Positions 12,577-26,403 of a stretch of 64,000 nucleotides of DNA are shown one piece after another. A program made the position numbers and the translations under genes. The stretch covers positions 2,232,001 through 2,296,000 of the forward strand of contig NC_089429.1 in the NCBI RefSeq assembly GCF_026210795.1, read 5' to 3'. Below the pieces are notes generated by a model. That model saw nothing but the letters and a program-made list of their open reading frames with translations, was not told the DNA's origin and did not search any database. Source of the DNA: Rhizophagus irregularis. Lineage: Eukaryota. Each line of letters starts with the position of its first letter. Positions within the stretch are counted from its first letter, which is position 1.

Positions 12577-14341
12577 ACACAATTCAAATGATTTATACAA
12601 TCTCTAAATTTTTTTAGTTATATAGATTATATATTTTTTTCATCATTTTATTATTATTGATTAATTAATAATAGGATTATGATGTTGATTAATTATTTTC
12701 ATTTAATTATTTTAGGTTTGAAACATATCCACCTTTGCTCACCATGAATGATTTGCGTTAATCTTATAAAAGTTTAACTGTTTAAATTGTCCGACAATAC
12801 GAGTCACGTCGCGCATATAGCCGATGGAACTTTAGGACCAGGTGTAACAACTGTAACATGTTAACATAATAATGATCATATGATTATACCGCTTCAGACG
12901 CTCAGTTATCCAATTAGACCAAAGTCATAAGGAGGTTCGTACTTAGTTTCACTTTTTTCCTACAAACAAATCAGTACGAATAATATGTTGTAAAAGGTCA
13001 ACGTTGATCGGACAGATGATGAATTTAGTATGTAAACAAAATATAAACAAAAATAAAATTAATAAAACTATTATATTTCAACAGTAATTACTTATAGTGA
13101 AATTATCAAATTTATAAATGTATTTATCTAACAAAAATGATTTTATACTTGTCAGCACTGAATTTGTGCATATAAATAAAAAAATAAATAAATATTGATT
13201 TCTTTTTTATTATTAAATTAACAAATAAAACTATAAAAATGCAATCATATTATACATATGTTCATCGAAAGAGTAAGAATGTTATTCAACTAGGATAAAA
13301 TGTTATACAATTATTTACAATGAACCTGGCATCGGAATTTTTTTACTAATAATATAACATTTTAACAAATAAAGATATTATAATAATATAACTAATAATA
13401 TAAATGACTAACAATTAACTAATCAACTAATATGTATGTAATAAATAGTATTTTAAAAAACCAGAAGAATAAATAAAAAAAAATTTTAAAGTATGCGATT
13501 TTATTGACCTCCAATTAGTTTACATTCAATTAAATGATTATGAATCTATAGATCGTGGATTAGGCTACAATGTTACATTAGAAAATTCTATTGAAGGATC
13601 AAATATTCCTTTTATCATAAATCTTTTATTAAAATTTTATAAACAAGATTTTAAAATTACGAAAATTACTTAAATTAACAACTAAAAGGAAAACTAGAAA
13701 ATCATCATTTTATATAATAGAAAAACAAATTAAAGAAATGAAATTCCATTAAATTCTAATAGTGAAGTAAATACTCAAGTTAAAATAGAATTATCTGAAT
13801 GGAATAAAAATCAAAATTATTGTTGTGACTATAAATGACAGAAGACATGTTGATGTTAATCATAAAATTAAAATTAAAATTCATCGTGAAGGGATTTTTA
13901 CTAGTATAAATATTAAATTAGACATAGTTTTTTCTGACTAGATACGCATTATATATATACTGTTATTACTATGTGCGCCTGACGTGACTAGTAACATGTA
14001 TAGATTTACGATATGTCACTGTCGCGTTTTAAAATGTTTAAATTATATAATTTATTTGAATTCATAATTTATATTTGATAATTATACATAATATTATATT
14101 TGAATAAATATTAAATATAGTATATATAATGACCAATTATTTGTTAATTTTTTTTCATTATAATTATAATTCGTATTATAATTATGATTATAGTCGTTAT
14201 AATTTTGATCATCGTTATAAGACGTTACTGTAATCGTTATTATTATAGTAATCATTATCGTTATATATAATTACGATTTTCCAAACAAAATATTTTTAAT
14301 TTCAATTTCTTCGACTTTGACACGATTGAACCTCTATAAAC

Positions 14342-15874
14342 ATGATTGTAAACCCATTTTTAAATGAATTATTACAACTCATTTTTAATAACCTTGATGA
14401 TGATATTGGTTCTTTATTTTCATTATTATTTGTAAATAAAAATTGGTGTGAAAATGCCGTCCCCATCTTGTGGAGAAGACCATTGAGTTATGATCGTCAT
14501 AATTTTGAAGAAACAACGAAAATCAAAAAAATAATTCCAATACTTCTTTCACAAATCTCATTACAAGAAAGAATCGATTTAGAACTTAAAGATATTCCAA
14601 CTAAAACTATGTTTGATTATGTATCGTTTATTAAACAATTTGACATATCCTTATTAGATTGGTTAGTTTGTGAGAAATATACCATGGCAATAAGCAAAAC
14701 TATTTTTATGAAAACAAAAAGATTAGATGAATTAACATTTTTATATGAAGCATATGGAGATGATCTTTATGAAAGTATTTTTACATTACCAAAATCACAA
14801 ATGTTACTTAATCATATCACAAAGTTGAAGTTTAATTCTACTGGAAAATATTCACTTTTTCCTAATTTATCAATTTATGTTAAAAATATCAAATATCTTT
14901 CCATTAATTTTTCCTGCAGTAGTAATAATCATAAAAATGTTGTGAAATTTTTTGAGGATCTTATTGAATTTATTTCTGTTCAAAATAATTTGGAATATTT
15001 TATCATAAATATTAGATCTAATCTTTTTAGTATTATGCATATGGAAAAATGGAGAGGACTTTTCTTTAAACTTTCTGAATCTCATTCTATAAAGTATATA
15101 ATGATTAAAGGTTGTATTGATGGAGAACAAACTGATTTGAATTTTTTATCTAATTGTTCAAATCTTGAAGAATTACATTTAGATTCTATGATTATTGATT
15201 ATGATAAATTGGTATGCTTAGAAAATATTTATCTACCAAAATTATTTTCTTTCTCATTATTAGGTTGTTATTTCATTTCTCCGAAATATAATTATGTTTA
15301 TAAAACAAATTTATGGCTAACTTATATTACAGCATTTTTAATGAATCATAGTAATACTTTGAAGGAATTAAAAATAATTTTAATGCTCGAAACTGTCAAA
15401 CGAAATTATTTGAAATCAATCCTTGCCGATTTATCATTATATTGTCAAAATCTTACATTGATTGGATTAAACTTGGATCATATTTTTGGTTATTATGTAG
15501 AATATAGAGAGAAAGTTGATAAAGTTGATGAAATATTTTTTAATTTACCTAAAGAATTATTATTGATTTTTATAAGATCACTTCCTAAAACTTTAAAATC
15601 TCTTTCATTTGAAGGAGTAATTGAACTTGATTATTTAGAAGAAATTATAAAAAATTATATTGATAATTTAATTAATTTAGATTTCTATTATTATACATGT
15701 GTTAAAGTATTAGAAAGAGATATTGATGAAATGACAAAAAATAGAAAATTAAAACTTAGTTATGATAAAAAAAGAATTAGTATTAATTGGACATCAATAT
15801 ATAGATATTTTTTAGATTTTAATTACCCTTGGTTAGCTAGCCATTCAATGGACGGCAAAGTATTTAACTCATAA
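14342..15874 (+). CDS. F-box-like / RNI-LRR-like protein (Glomeromycota-expanded type)
   Basis: Intronless 510-aa ORF; N-terminal NELLQLIFNNL..LFSLLFVNKNWCENAVPILWRRP F-box-like motif followed by LxxLxL-type repeats. Confidence 0.75.
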   Translation: MIVNPFLNELLQLIFNNLDDDIGSLFSLLFVNKNWCENAVPILWRRPLSYDRHNFEETTKIKKIIPILLSQISLQERIDLELKDIPTKTMFDYVSFIKQFDISLLDWLVCEKYTMAISKTIFMKTKRLDELTFLYEAYGDDLYESIFTLPKSQMLLNHITKLKFNSTGKYSLFPNLSIYVKNIKYLSINFSCSSNNHKNVVKFFEDLIEFISVQNNLEYFIINIRSNLFSIMHMEKWRGLFFKLSESHSIKYIMIKGCIDGEQTDLNFLSNCSNLEELHLDSMIIDYDKLVCLENIYLPKLFSFSLLGCYFISPKYNYVYKTNLWLTYITAFLMNHSNTLKELKIILMLETVKRNYLKSILADLSLYCQNLTLIGLNLDHIFGYYVEYREKVDKVDEIFFNLPKELLLIFIRSLPKTLKSLSFEGVIELDYLEEIIKNYIDNLINLDFYYYTCVKVLERDIDEMTKNRKLKLSYDKKRISINWTSIYRYFLDFNYPWLASHSMDGKVFNS

Positions 15875-15891
15875 TAGTGTTTCCAAAATAC

Positions 15892-16383
15892 TTAATTGCC
15901 GATTCGTCTACTGCGTTACTAATAAAACTCGAGGATAATAGCATTAATAAAAAAAAAAGCGTTATTTCCACCCATTTCACAAACAGAAGTATCATAAACT
16001 TTCACCTGGTTCTAATAATAAAAATATTTCAAAGAAGTCTTTAAAAACAACTTTGAAAGCTAAAACTTATATGTTTCTAATGTAAATAATGCAATATAAC
16101 AAAATAAAATATTGAAATTACCTATATTTTAAGGTGTAAATCTGACGCGCGTACTGTACATAGTAAACTCATTATTTTGCATATGAACGTATAATTTTTT
16201 TTTTGCAAATTCTTTTTTTTTCAAGTATTTTTTCAGTATATCATATGACTTTTATTTATAGTTAATATATCGTCTATGAAAATATCCTTTTTTTTGAAGA
16301 TTGTGTTCTAGCACAAAATCGGCAAATTTAACCCCGAATTTTATTAGTAACGCAGTGCTGTTCTTAGACGAATCGGCAATTAA
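15892..16383. mobile_element. MITE with ~45-55-bp TIRs bounded by TTAA
   Basis: Left TTAATTGCCGATTCGTCTA-CTGCGTTACTAATAAAA; the right end is its reverse complement with a 9-bp extra segment; no ORF inside; superfamily not assignable. Confidence 0.75.
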
Positions 16384-18493
16384 TAAATATAATTACAATT
16401 CTTTATAACATTCTTTATTAATATTAAATTCATAATTTAACAATTTCACACCAGAAAATTTGTTTGAATCATAAAAATTGAGTATTTAATGTTGTGCTGA
16501 TGAATATCATGCGAAACACTTGTGACCACAAATTTTCATAATGCGCATAAATAAATATATTATTTTCCGCTTCGCTCTCGGACGATTAAAATAGCGAAGT
16601 TGACGCTCCCGGTTTGGCGTCAGCATCATTTAGCATAACAGCTTAACAGAAAAAAAATATAAAAATTAATTTAACATTTATTATTTTAGTTTTAGATAAT
16701 TATTACAGTTTAAATGACCTATGTTTAATAAAAGTCAAAATTAACTTTTGCATACAATATACACATTTGTCCCATTTGAATTTAATCAAAGGAAAATCTT
16801 AATAAATAAATAATCTTTGGACCATGTTATTAATGCATTTAGCGAAATTAAAGATTGAATAATCATTAGATGAGAGATTAAATAAAAATTTTATTTTAAT
16901 TTTTATAACAAATCGTTACTATTTGTTGCCAAGTCTTTTAAAAAACTTGTTGTCACCTGATCACCAACGTTGGGTGCAGCAACATTGATCAGGGAGGGGA
17001 AAGGGAAGGGAAAGCGAGAGAGGGAAGGGAAAGAGCGAGAGAATAAAAGAAAGGGAAACTAGAAAGAGCGAGGGAATAGGAAAAGGGTTAGGAAAAGAAG
17101 GAAAACGAGAGGGAATACGCAAAATTACACACATACAAACACTACCCACCCATACACAACCCATACTCCCAACCTATAAACCGAAGAGAAGACCTAATAA
17201 AGAGAGAGTGAAAAAAAATCGAAGATTTAATAATTATTGAATCGAAAAAAAATTAAGGTATTGGGACAATAATATATTATTTATGTTGATATACTCGCTC
17301 ATGACAAACCCGCATTAAGATTGTGTTACATGTTATAATGAATGATTATTTGCATGAGTAATATGACTGATACGAGTAATATTTAATTTATGACAATCTA
17401 TATATATCAAATGAGTTGAATGTCGAATTTTTATAGCTAAAAATTCCTTGGATTATAATTCTGTTAAACCAATCGGCATCGTCGGCATCACTAATAACAG
17501 CCAATCACAAGAAGTATTCTAAGGAGCACAGATCATCTGACACCATAACTTATAGAAAACACTTTTAGAAATATGTATGTTTTTATTATCATTTTTTTTT
17601 TTATTATTATTATTATACAAAAGAAACTGAAGCACAGAAGCAGTAGGAACTACATGAAAAACAAAATTTTCTAGTTATCATTTAAATTACGAATAAAGAT
17701 TTTTATTTGAAAATTAATCACGTGAATTGGCTAGCGCGTAATGATTCATCAAAAATAACCATGTTGGTGTATTGTGAGTTGTTCCAATGTAGTGTCCATT
17801 AGCACGTGGATGCGTGCATCCATGGGTCAACTTGGGTATTTTATGTAGGCGGTGTGGTATATTAATTGTATTTTTGAGCGGATACGTAAGCGTACGATAG
17901 TTGCTTAACGTTATATTTTTCCGATTAGTTTTAAATACTGTTACATAGTGTTGATCCAAATCTTATATAATTTTTCTGAATAATAAGTTCAAAATCTTTT
18001 AATCAGAATTGAGTTATAGCAATTATTAATATTTTTTAGATATTTATGATGCGAACATTGTACAGAAATACTGGTCTCCTTCACTATAATCGGTACGATC
18101 ATATGTTTAAAATTTTGATCAAATTAAATTAGAAAACTTAAATTGAAATTTGCAAAATTTAATTTTTTAAAACTTGCACGGTTATGTCAAAATTTAATTT
18201 AAGTAAACGTAAAAATTATCAGGTCCAATATTTTTTTAGCGACAGCTATAACGATCTTCAAATACTTTTAGTTCATTAGAGGCGACCGTAACTTACTTTA
18301 GGATACGTAAAACGTTTTTTTCTAGTGTGTTAGGTAATAACTTTAAAAAAAATTGAAAAATTACAATAAAAATATCTTCTTTTAGTTAAATTACATAATA
18401 ATATTTTATTTTTTACAAAGGAATTCATAATCTAAATTATTAATCACATTATAATTCTATATCACACGATGACTAAATTAAAATAATATTATT

Positions 18494-20382
18494 TTAAATC
18501 TGTCTTAAGGTGAGCCCTATTCCTATAAAAATAACTATAAAGGATAAAAAAAAATATGCAAATGCTCTACATTGCAAGGCAACCTTTTGAGATATAATTG
18601 GCTGAGTTTCTCGAGTTTCTTGAGTTTCCTTAACTTCCTGCTGGGTTTCCCAAGTTTTCCAAGTTTCCCAAGTTCCCTGATCATCTTGAGACATTTCAGA
18701 TATTAATTTTATCTTGGCAGCATAAACACAGAACTGGGAGAAGCGAACATTTAATATAAAGATTAACATCAAAAGTTTTTCTGAAGAACCTCAATAAATA
18801 ATAACAAAAATTTCATTTACCTCATCAAAGTAAATATACTCTTCATTGTTCGCACAAATTTTATCAAACCTTGCCTTTAGCATCGTATTCGATTTCACAT
18901 CTATCCCAATTAGATCATATCCCTTCTTGAATTCTTTGAAATCAATACGTCCATCATTATCTGTGTCAAGCTTTTTAAATATATGGGACAATTCATTATA
19001 ATAATGAAGAAGATAAATGAGACGTTCGAATTCATTGAAATCAATAAAACCATCCTAAAAAATTTGACGAAATAGGTATGTTAAACTTTAATTGATAAAA
19101 TTAAAATAATAAAAATTAATTTTCAACGAACCTGTGAAGTATCAGCAGCTTTGTAAGCCTGCATTATAACAGACTCATCTTTTGAGAGGTGTGGATATAG
19201 TTGAACAACAGCTTTGTTAATTTCATCTTTAGATATGATACCGTCGTTATTATAATCAAAGATATCAAAAATCTATTAAATAAAATGATTTAAGAATGGA
19301 ACATTAACTTCAAAAACTATTAAAGACGAAATTGACTATATTAGAAATAAAATATTTCTAAATACCTTCTTGACCTGATTCCTGCTTTGTTTCTTAGTTG
19401 TAATAACTGCTTTCTCGTTATAATAATGAAGAGCATCGATTAAATATTCAAATTCTTTAAGGTTGATAGAACCTTCCTAAGAAATTTAACATTGTGAACG
19501 TTAAATTCAATTAAAATAACGAAGTGTAGACAAGTTTACAAGACCAACCTGTGAAAATTTAGGTACTTTATCCTGATAAGCCTGCATAATGGCAGACTTA
19601 TTTTTTTTAAAGTGTGGATAAAGTATGATAACAGCTTTATCGACATCAGTAAGAGGTATGATGCCATCGTCATCATAATCAACGGTTTCAAAAGCCTATA
19701 GTAATGATATGAAAATAAAATTAGTAATGTATACAACGCTATGAAATATAGCGTTCAATACCCTTCAAAGGTTAAAAATACTATTAAGCTAAAAATACTA
19801 TCTAGGCTAAAAATACCATCTCAAGCTGCTAACTTACCTCCTTGACTTGAGTTGTGTCTAATTTTTCGGTAGTAATAACTGCTTTCTCGCAGTAGTCATT
19901 AAGTAAATTAATAAAATATTCGAATTCTTTGAGGCCGATTAAACCATTCTAGAAAATTTGGGGAAGTAGTAAAGTTAGCGTTAGGTCTTATTACGGTATA
20001 TAAAATGGGAACGATGAAATAAGACAAACCTTTGAACTCTTGGCAATTTTTTGAGCCTCTTTAATGATGGCAGTTTTAGTAGCGTGGTTATTTGCAATAT
20101 GTGGATAAAGTTCGATAATAGCTTTATCAATTTCGGCGAGGGAAAGACTACCATTTCCGTTATAATCGAAGTAGTTAAAAATCTATCATATTTATTGAAA
20201 TACTAGTTAAGTATTCTTGAAAATAATAAAATATTATCTAGAAAAAAAAATTATTGTCAGGTAATAGTTACCTTCTTAATTTGGGCACTGTCAAGTTTTT
20301 CAGAAGTAATAACCGCTTCTTCCTGAGTAGGTTTGCTGATTTTCTTATCACACTTGGGAATTCTGGTATATACTGTTTCCAT
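18494..20382 (-). CDS. Multi-EF-hand calcium-binding protein, calflagin/FCaBP-like, with C-terminal transmembrane tail (8 exons)
   Basis: Spliced exons give FDYNGNGSLSLAEIDKAIIELYPH, DYDDDGII, FDYNNDGIISKDE, AYKAADTSQDGFIDFNEF, LDTDNDGRIDFKEFKKG and FDEFCVYAAKIKL, then the hydrophobic tail AFAYFFLSFIVIFIGIGLTL. Confidence 0.85.
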
Positions 20383-21925
20383 TTTAATAATTGGAAATGT
20401 TTGAAAAAAAAATCTGGGTAAGTCTTCAGAATATATAATAATAGGCGTGATTAAATTAGCTATATATATATATGTATGCATTTTTTTTTAAAAAAAAAAA
20501 ATAGGGAAACCTTGATCCTGCAATGTTACATTAGAAGAAACGAGAGGAAATTTTTGGTGGTCCCAACATTGAAATTTCGGGAAGTTAGTCCGGATTCTCT
20601 AGCTAAATATGGTTAGCATTAATCCGTATATGGTGGGTATAACGAGGCAAAGATTACTTTAAAGAATAAATATTAGGGATTAAAACAATACAAAGATTTC
20701 ATTATGATCAACATCGCACAGAACATTCTTTGTTTTATGATAAGGCTGTAAACTCCGCTGATCACACATTAAAATAATTAAATGTAACAAACAAGTTTTA
20801 AACCCATGACAATAACAACGTTACAGGATAACAAACAACCTTTGTTTCATAAAACGAATCGACAGGAGTGAGGAGTTAAAACGTAACTTTATACATTATT
20901 TTGGCAAAGAAGAATTTATTTGTACTTGTACATGTTTCAATTGTTCTATTAATTTCATTAATCGACTTACTTCTGACGCAGCATCTCAATAACCTAATTA
21001 AATCTATAATCATATATTTATCGTACATTTTAGTTTTTTCAACTGCATGATAACCGCGAATATGCGGTTGTACTGCATACTTTCATGCAGTAGAAGTTTT
21101 TGTAAAATGTAAAGTCGGGATAAAAATCAAAATTTATTATTTTTTTTTTTTCATGGCGTTAAATGTACAGAATCTTGCATGATCCGAACCGAAAAAAAAA
21201 CTTTAAAAAGACAGCCAACAGTTAATTTTGTAAAACATTATTTTACAAAGTTTTACATAAAAATGTAAAAATGCAGAAGACAATTTTTAATAGAAGTCAT
21301 TTAAGCTTCGAGATTTTCCACGAACCTAAATTCCGATATAAAAGTTAGTGACATCATCAAACGGTTGGGTTACGCGTTAGAAGTCACGTGTTGAACTAGC
21401 TTAATATTATTTCATTTTTAAAAATTTTCATTGTTTATTCGAATACAAAATAATTAATGCTATTCGATTCAGGAAAATAATTATTCATCAGCAAAATTGA
21501 GAGAGCCGAGTTTGAAATAAGTGAAGCGACATTTTCAAGATCAAAAATTCCATTCACGTATAGATAAATATATCAATAATTTATTAAAATAGATAAGAAT
21601 ATTTAACTATTTTAAATTTATTTATTCTTAAAGAAATTGCAATCAAAGAATTCGTGATACGCATTTATCAATTAATATACAAAAAAAAAAATAAATATAC
21701 ATAACATTGATAAAGTATTAATGTATTATATATTTGAGAGACGTAGGTGGCGAAATACATGAACTTCTTAGTAAATAGCGCCAACTGGAATTGGGCTCCA
21801 ATTTACATTTCGTTTAACGATGTTTCTTATTGTCCTTTTTTTGTAATCAACATTGATGTATTGTTCGTCATCATTATACTCTTCAGTATAATAAAGTTGT
21901 GGATAGACGTAAAGACTAGTAGGTA

Positions 21926-23695
21926 TCATACAAACGAACAAGTGCAATTTCTTACGAACAATATTCCCATGAAAATGACTGAAAGAGACAAACAGGAATA
22001 TGCAAATTCTTTCCATTATCGAGTTTCCGGAGTTTCCCGAGTTTCTCGAATTTCTCGAATTTCTCGAGTTTTCCATTTTTCCAGAGCTTCCAGGGTTCCC
22101 TGAGCATCCTGAAGCATTCCAGACATCAATTTTATCTTGGAAGCATAAATACAAAACTGGAAAAAGTAAACATTAAATAATATAATGATTAGCTTAGCTT
22201 CATGCGTACTAAAAGCTTCTCCGAAAATGATATTCATCTTACCTCGTTAAAAGGGAGTCGCCCATCATTTTTCTTGCAAATCCTAGCAAACTGTTCTTTA
22301 AGTATTGTATCTATACCAATTAGTTCATGTCCCTTCTTGAACTCCTCGAAATCAATATATCCGCTTTTGTCTACGTCAAGTTTTTTAAATATATGAGATA
22401 GTTCGTTATAGTAATGAAGAAGATCAACGAGATGTATGAGTTCTTCGAATTCAATAGAACCGTCCTAGAAAGTTTGACAGTTGACATATCAGCAGATACG
22501 TTAGGATTTATCATGTAAAATTATAATAATAAAAAAAAACAAACCTGTGAAGTATCAGCGGCTTTATAAGCCCGCTCAATGATAAAGTCATCTTTTGAAA
22601 GGTGTGGATAAAGTCTAGTAACAGCATCCTTGATTTCGCTTTTAGATAGGATACCATCGCGGTTGGAATCAAATATATCAAAAATCTATTAAAAATAATA
22701 ATTTTCATAATCTTTAAGATATTTTTATTTTAAAACTGTCACAAAAATAAAATATTTCTAGATACCTTCTTGATTTGAACCTCGCTTAGTTTATTGAAAG
22801 TAATATCTGATTTCTCGTTATAATAATGAAGAGCATCAATGATAGATTCAAATTCTTCAAAATCTATACGACCATTTTCCTAACAATTTTTTAACAGTAC
22901 AAATGTTAGGTCAAATATGTAAAATTAAAACAAAGAAAACTAAATTATAAATATGTTCAACCCATCCAACCTGCGAAAGTTTGGATAATTTATTTCCACA
23001 AACTTGCTTGATCGCAGGTCTGTTTTTTTCATTTTTAAAATGCGGATGGAGCATAATAACGGCTGCATCGAAATTAGTAAGAGATAGGTAATCCTCATCA
23101 CCAAACGTTTCAAAGGACTATCAGTTATAGTGATCGAAAATGAATTCAGTAGTTATAGAATACTTTCTTGATTATGAAAATTTATTATTATGGTACCTTT
23201 CTGACACGAGCTTTGTCTGGCTTCTCAGTAGTGATAATTGCTTTTTCGCAGTATTTATGAAGATGTTTAATAAAACTTTCAAATTCGTTAAATTTAATAT
23301 ACTTAATCTAGAAAATTTTGTGAATTAGCGGTATGTTTTGCTTCAATAAGTAATGTAAAACGATAAAACAAGATAAACCTTTGAAATATTAAAATCTTCA
23401 TAAGCTTTATCGATTGCAGCAGCCTTGGTAGCCTCCCCACATGCGAGATATGGGTAGAGTTCAACGACAGCTTTATCAACTTCAGCACGGGAAAGACCAC
23501 GCACCATTCCCATTACGATCGAAGTATTCAAAAATCTATCCCAATTATTGAAGATGAAAGTTAATACCATAAAATACCATCTGCTGGAAAATTTTGCTAA
23601 ATAGATACCTTCTTAATTTGAGCTCTGTCCGGTTCTTCGATAGCAATATCCGCATTCACTATTCTGTTACGCCTTCTGGGAATACTGTTAGCCAT
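21926..23695 (-). pseudogene. Tandem paralogue of the EF-hand gene, probably disabled
   Basis: Same 8-exon layout; frameshift near 23500 (NGNG-gcgt-GLSRAEVDKA); TAA at 22016-22018 just before a still-recognisable TM tail (WKEFAYSCLSLSVIFMGILF). Confidence 0.75.
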
Positions 23696-24846
23696 GTTTA
23701 TAATTGGGAATTTGTTTGAAAATAAATTTGAAATGATACTTGAGTGTGTCTACAAACTATATATAAATATATAATGAAATATGCAAAAATTTCATTGATA
23801 TATCTTAATATATTCATATTTTTTGTAGTATCACATCATAAACGTTATCATGGATAAAACGGGAATTTACTAATGAACCCAACATTGAAATTTCGGGAAA
23901 GATAATACGGTTCACGAAAGAAAAATAGTTAACAACAATTAAAATAACTAAACCATATTTGTCAGATATAACGAAGTAGTATTTCGTCACGCATAAATTT
24001 ATCTGGTGATGTTCATAATAACTATTCTGTTTAGAGTGAGTGACACAAGTTACGCTAAACATTACATAAATGTTCACGTAATGGTAAATGAGCATTTTAA
24101 TTTAGCCAAGAAAACTTTATTTTTAGAAATATATTATGATTTTAATAAATACATATATGTGAATAATTATCATTTATCAATAACAACAGTATTAATAATT
24201 ATGATTTATGACTAAAATGGGATTAGAATAACGAGCGTCAATAAATTCTTTATACTACGGTAAATAGGTATCTTTGTAATTAAATAAACAATGGGATGAT
24301 GGCTTTATTTATTAAACAAATATTGTAACGAACTTTCTATTTGAAATGTTTTAGAAAAGAATATTTATCATATATTATTTGTTAATTTTCTTTAATTTTC
24401 TTTAATTAATATTATTGACTATTAATCTAAAATATACATAATAAAAAAGATAAATTATTATATATTAGTATGTAATAGAATCTTACAAAATAAAAAGAAA
24501 AAAAAAAATTATCAAAATACTAATCATATATGTTGTATTATGCGTTAAGTTTCTTAGTAACCCTAAATTGGATCAAAATTATATTTAATATTGATGAAGA
24601 TTTAAAATTTAATAATTTAATTAAAAAATCTAATATATGTATAAATATATTTTTTAAAAAAATGATGCCTATAAAATCATTTTAATATATAATAAAATAT
24701 ATTACGACTTTTTATTAATAAAATTTCAGTCTCTTAACATTAAGATATTCAGGTTTTCGTCAGCAAATTATTTACTTACGTAAAATGCTGGTCCCGACAT
24801 CCTGTGACTTTACTGGTTAAATATAATTATATTAAACCAGTTGATC

Positions 24847-24950
24847 TAGGTTAAAGAGATATGGTTAGACTATAGAGGTATACTGAGGTATTGTTAGATT
24901 ATAGAGGTATACTTAGGTTAAAGAGGTATGGTTAAATTATAGAGGTATAT
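24847..24950. repeat. Degenerate minisatellite built from GGTTA(G/A)A(C/T)TATAGAGGTAT units
   Basis: Three copies of ttagactatagaggtat-like units interleaved with taggttaaagag. Confidence 0.6.
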
Positions 24951-25033
24951 TATTTCTGCGATCTAACTTTACTTCTCTAACAATATAGTTTTTCCTGCTT
25001 TCTCATTAGACTTCTGGACTCCTAACAGACAGA

Positions 25034-25999
25034 GTGAAAAGAGTACAAGCGCGACAACGACTTCGGAATGGATATAATTTTAACGAGGAAAAAGTCACTG
25101 CATTAATCCCTTTTCAGAAAGGTATTCGGAGCAAAAGTGGAGTCGCACCTAATACTCCTGCTACCTCTTCCTCCGGTCAAGAAGTGAAATCGGAAGGAGG
25201 CGCAGTGAAATTTATGTCAAGTTTCGCAAGAAGAGTCTATTGAGGAGTTGGCTCAGCGTATTGTTCAGGACAACCTTAGTGAAATGGAAGTAAAAGCAAA
25301 ATGCAAGGTCTTAGTTGAATCAGCCTCAAGTGCTAGTTCTGCCTAGAGAATTACGCAAGCCTAACGCTTCAGATCCTAATACAACCCGTTTAACTAATGA
25401 AAACCAAAAAGAAAAGAGGAGCGCTTACGTCGCGAAAATAGGGACATTAATTATCCGGACCATTTTGCGTTAGAATCAGTTAAGGAATATTAGATGGTTA
25501 TGATATATCTAATAAACCTGATTTACAGGCTCTTGCCGATGTAATGATAATGCTCTGTATCCGTCCTGCTGAAGTTAAAAGTTTAAGAATTTCGGATGGG
25601 AGCGTAACTGGCTGTGAAATATCGAGGTCAGGCAGACATTCCTCGTGCATTTAGATAAATGGAAAAAAATGAGGAGCGTGCCAGACAGTTACTTAAATGG
25701 ATAGATGCAATTTCATCTGGGCAGTTAAAAGATCCTGGTACGCCTGGTATTAAATGTTTTTGCGCATTCCTAAAAAAGTACGATTTACTCGATATTTACG
25801 AAATATAGGAGCTGTATTTGCAGTGGTAACACATGGAGCTACAAATTTATCGAACGCTATGACTATTGCATCCGAAGCTTTAAGGCATTGTCCTAGAAAC
25901 CATACCTCTCCTGCGAAAAATTATACTATAGTTAATTACAGACCTCGCGGAGTATCTTACGACCAAGCAAAGCCGTTCAAACTCTTTGACAACAACTAA
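25034..25999 (+). pseudogene. Degenerate tyrosine recombinase (integrase-like) gene
   Basis: Frameshifted fragments LADVMIMLCIRPAEV (catalytic R box), YLRNIGA (HxLR-like box) and ALRH...SPAKNY (H/W..Y box), in the expected order. Confidence 0.6.
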
Positions 26000-26403
26000 T
26001 CATGACGAATTTTCCGTGACGAAAAATCAGCCGGGTGGGAATTTATTTTTTTCGAACAAGATATAGCATATATAACGCATTTATCTGTTTAGACATGCGG
26101 TTAGATCGAAGGAAGGAAGGAATCAAGCATTCATCTGATTGTAAATCCAGTGCGCCAGTGAAAAGATTAAAACTATTCTGCACAAAAAGCCCAAAAAGAG
26201 AGTCAGATTGTTAGAAGAGAATGTAGACTTTGTTAGAAAACCTGGTAGAAGAGTTATATTATATTGTGAAAACAAATTAAAGGACTCATATCAGATTTGA
26301 CAGGTTCGTCCGAAGAACACTCTGATGGTTTAGAAATACATGTAAAACGCTCTCATCCAAATAAGAAGTTTCAACCTCATAAACAGTGAATTTGGGGCAG
26401 TTA

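Noticed and set aside
13540..13920. Short coding-like fragment (YESIDRGLGYNVTLE...)
   Set aside because: No start, multiple stops, no family assignable.
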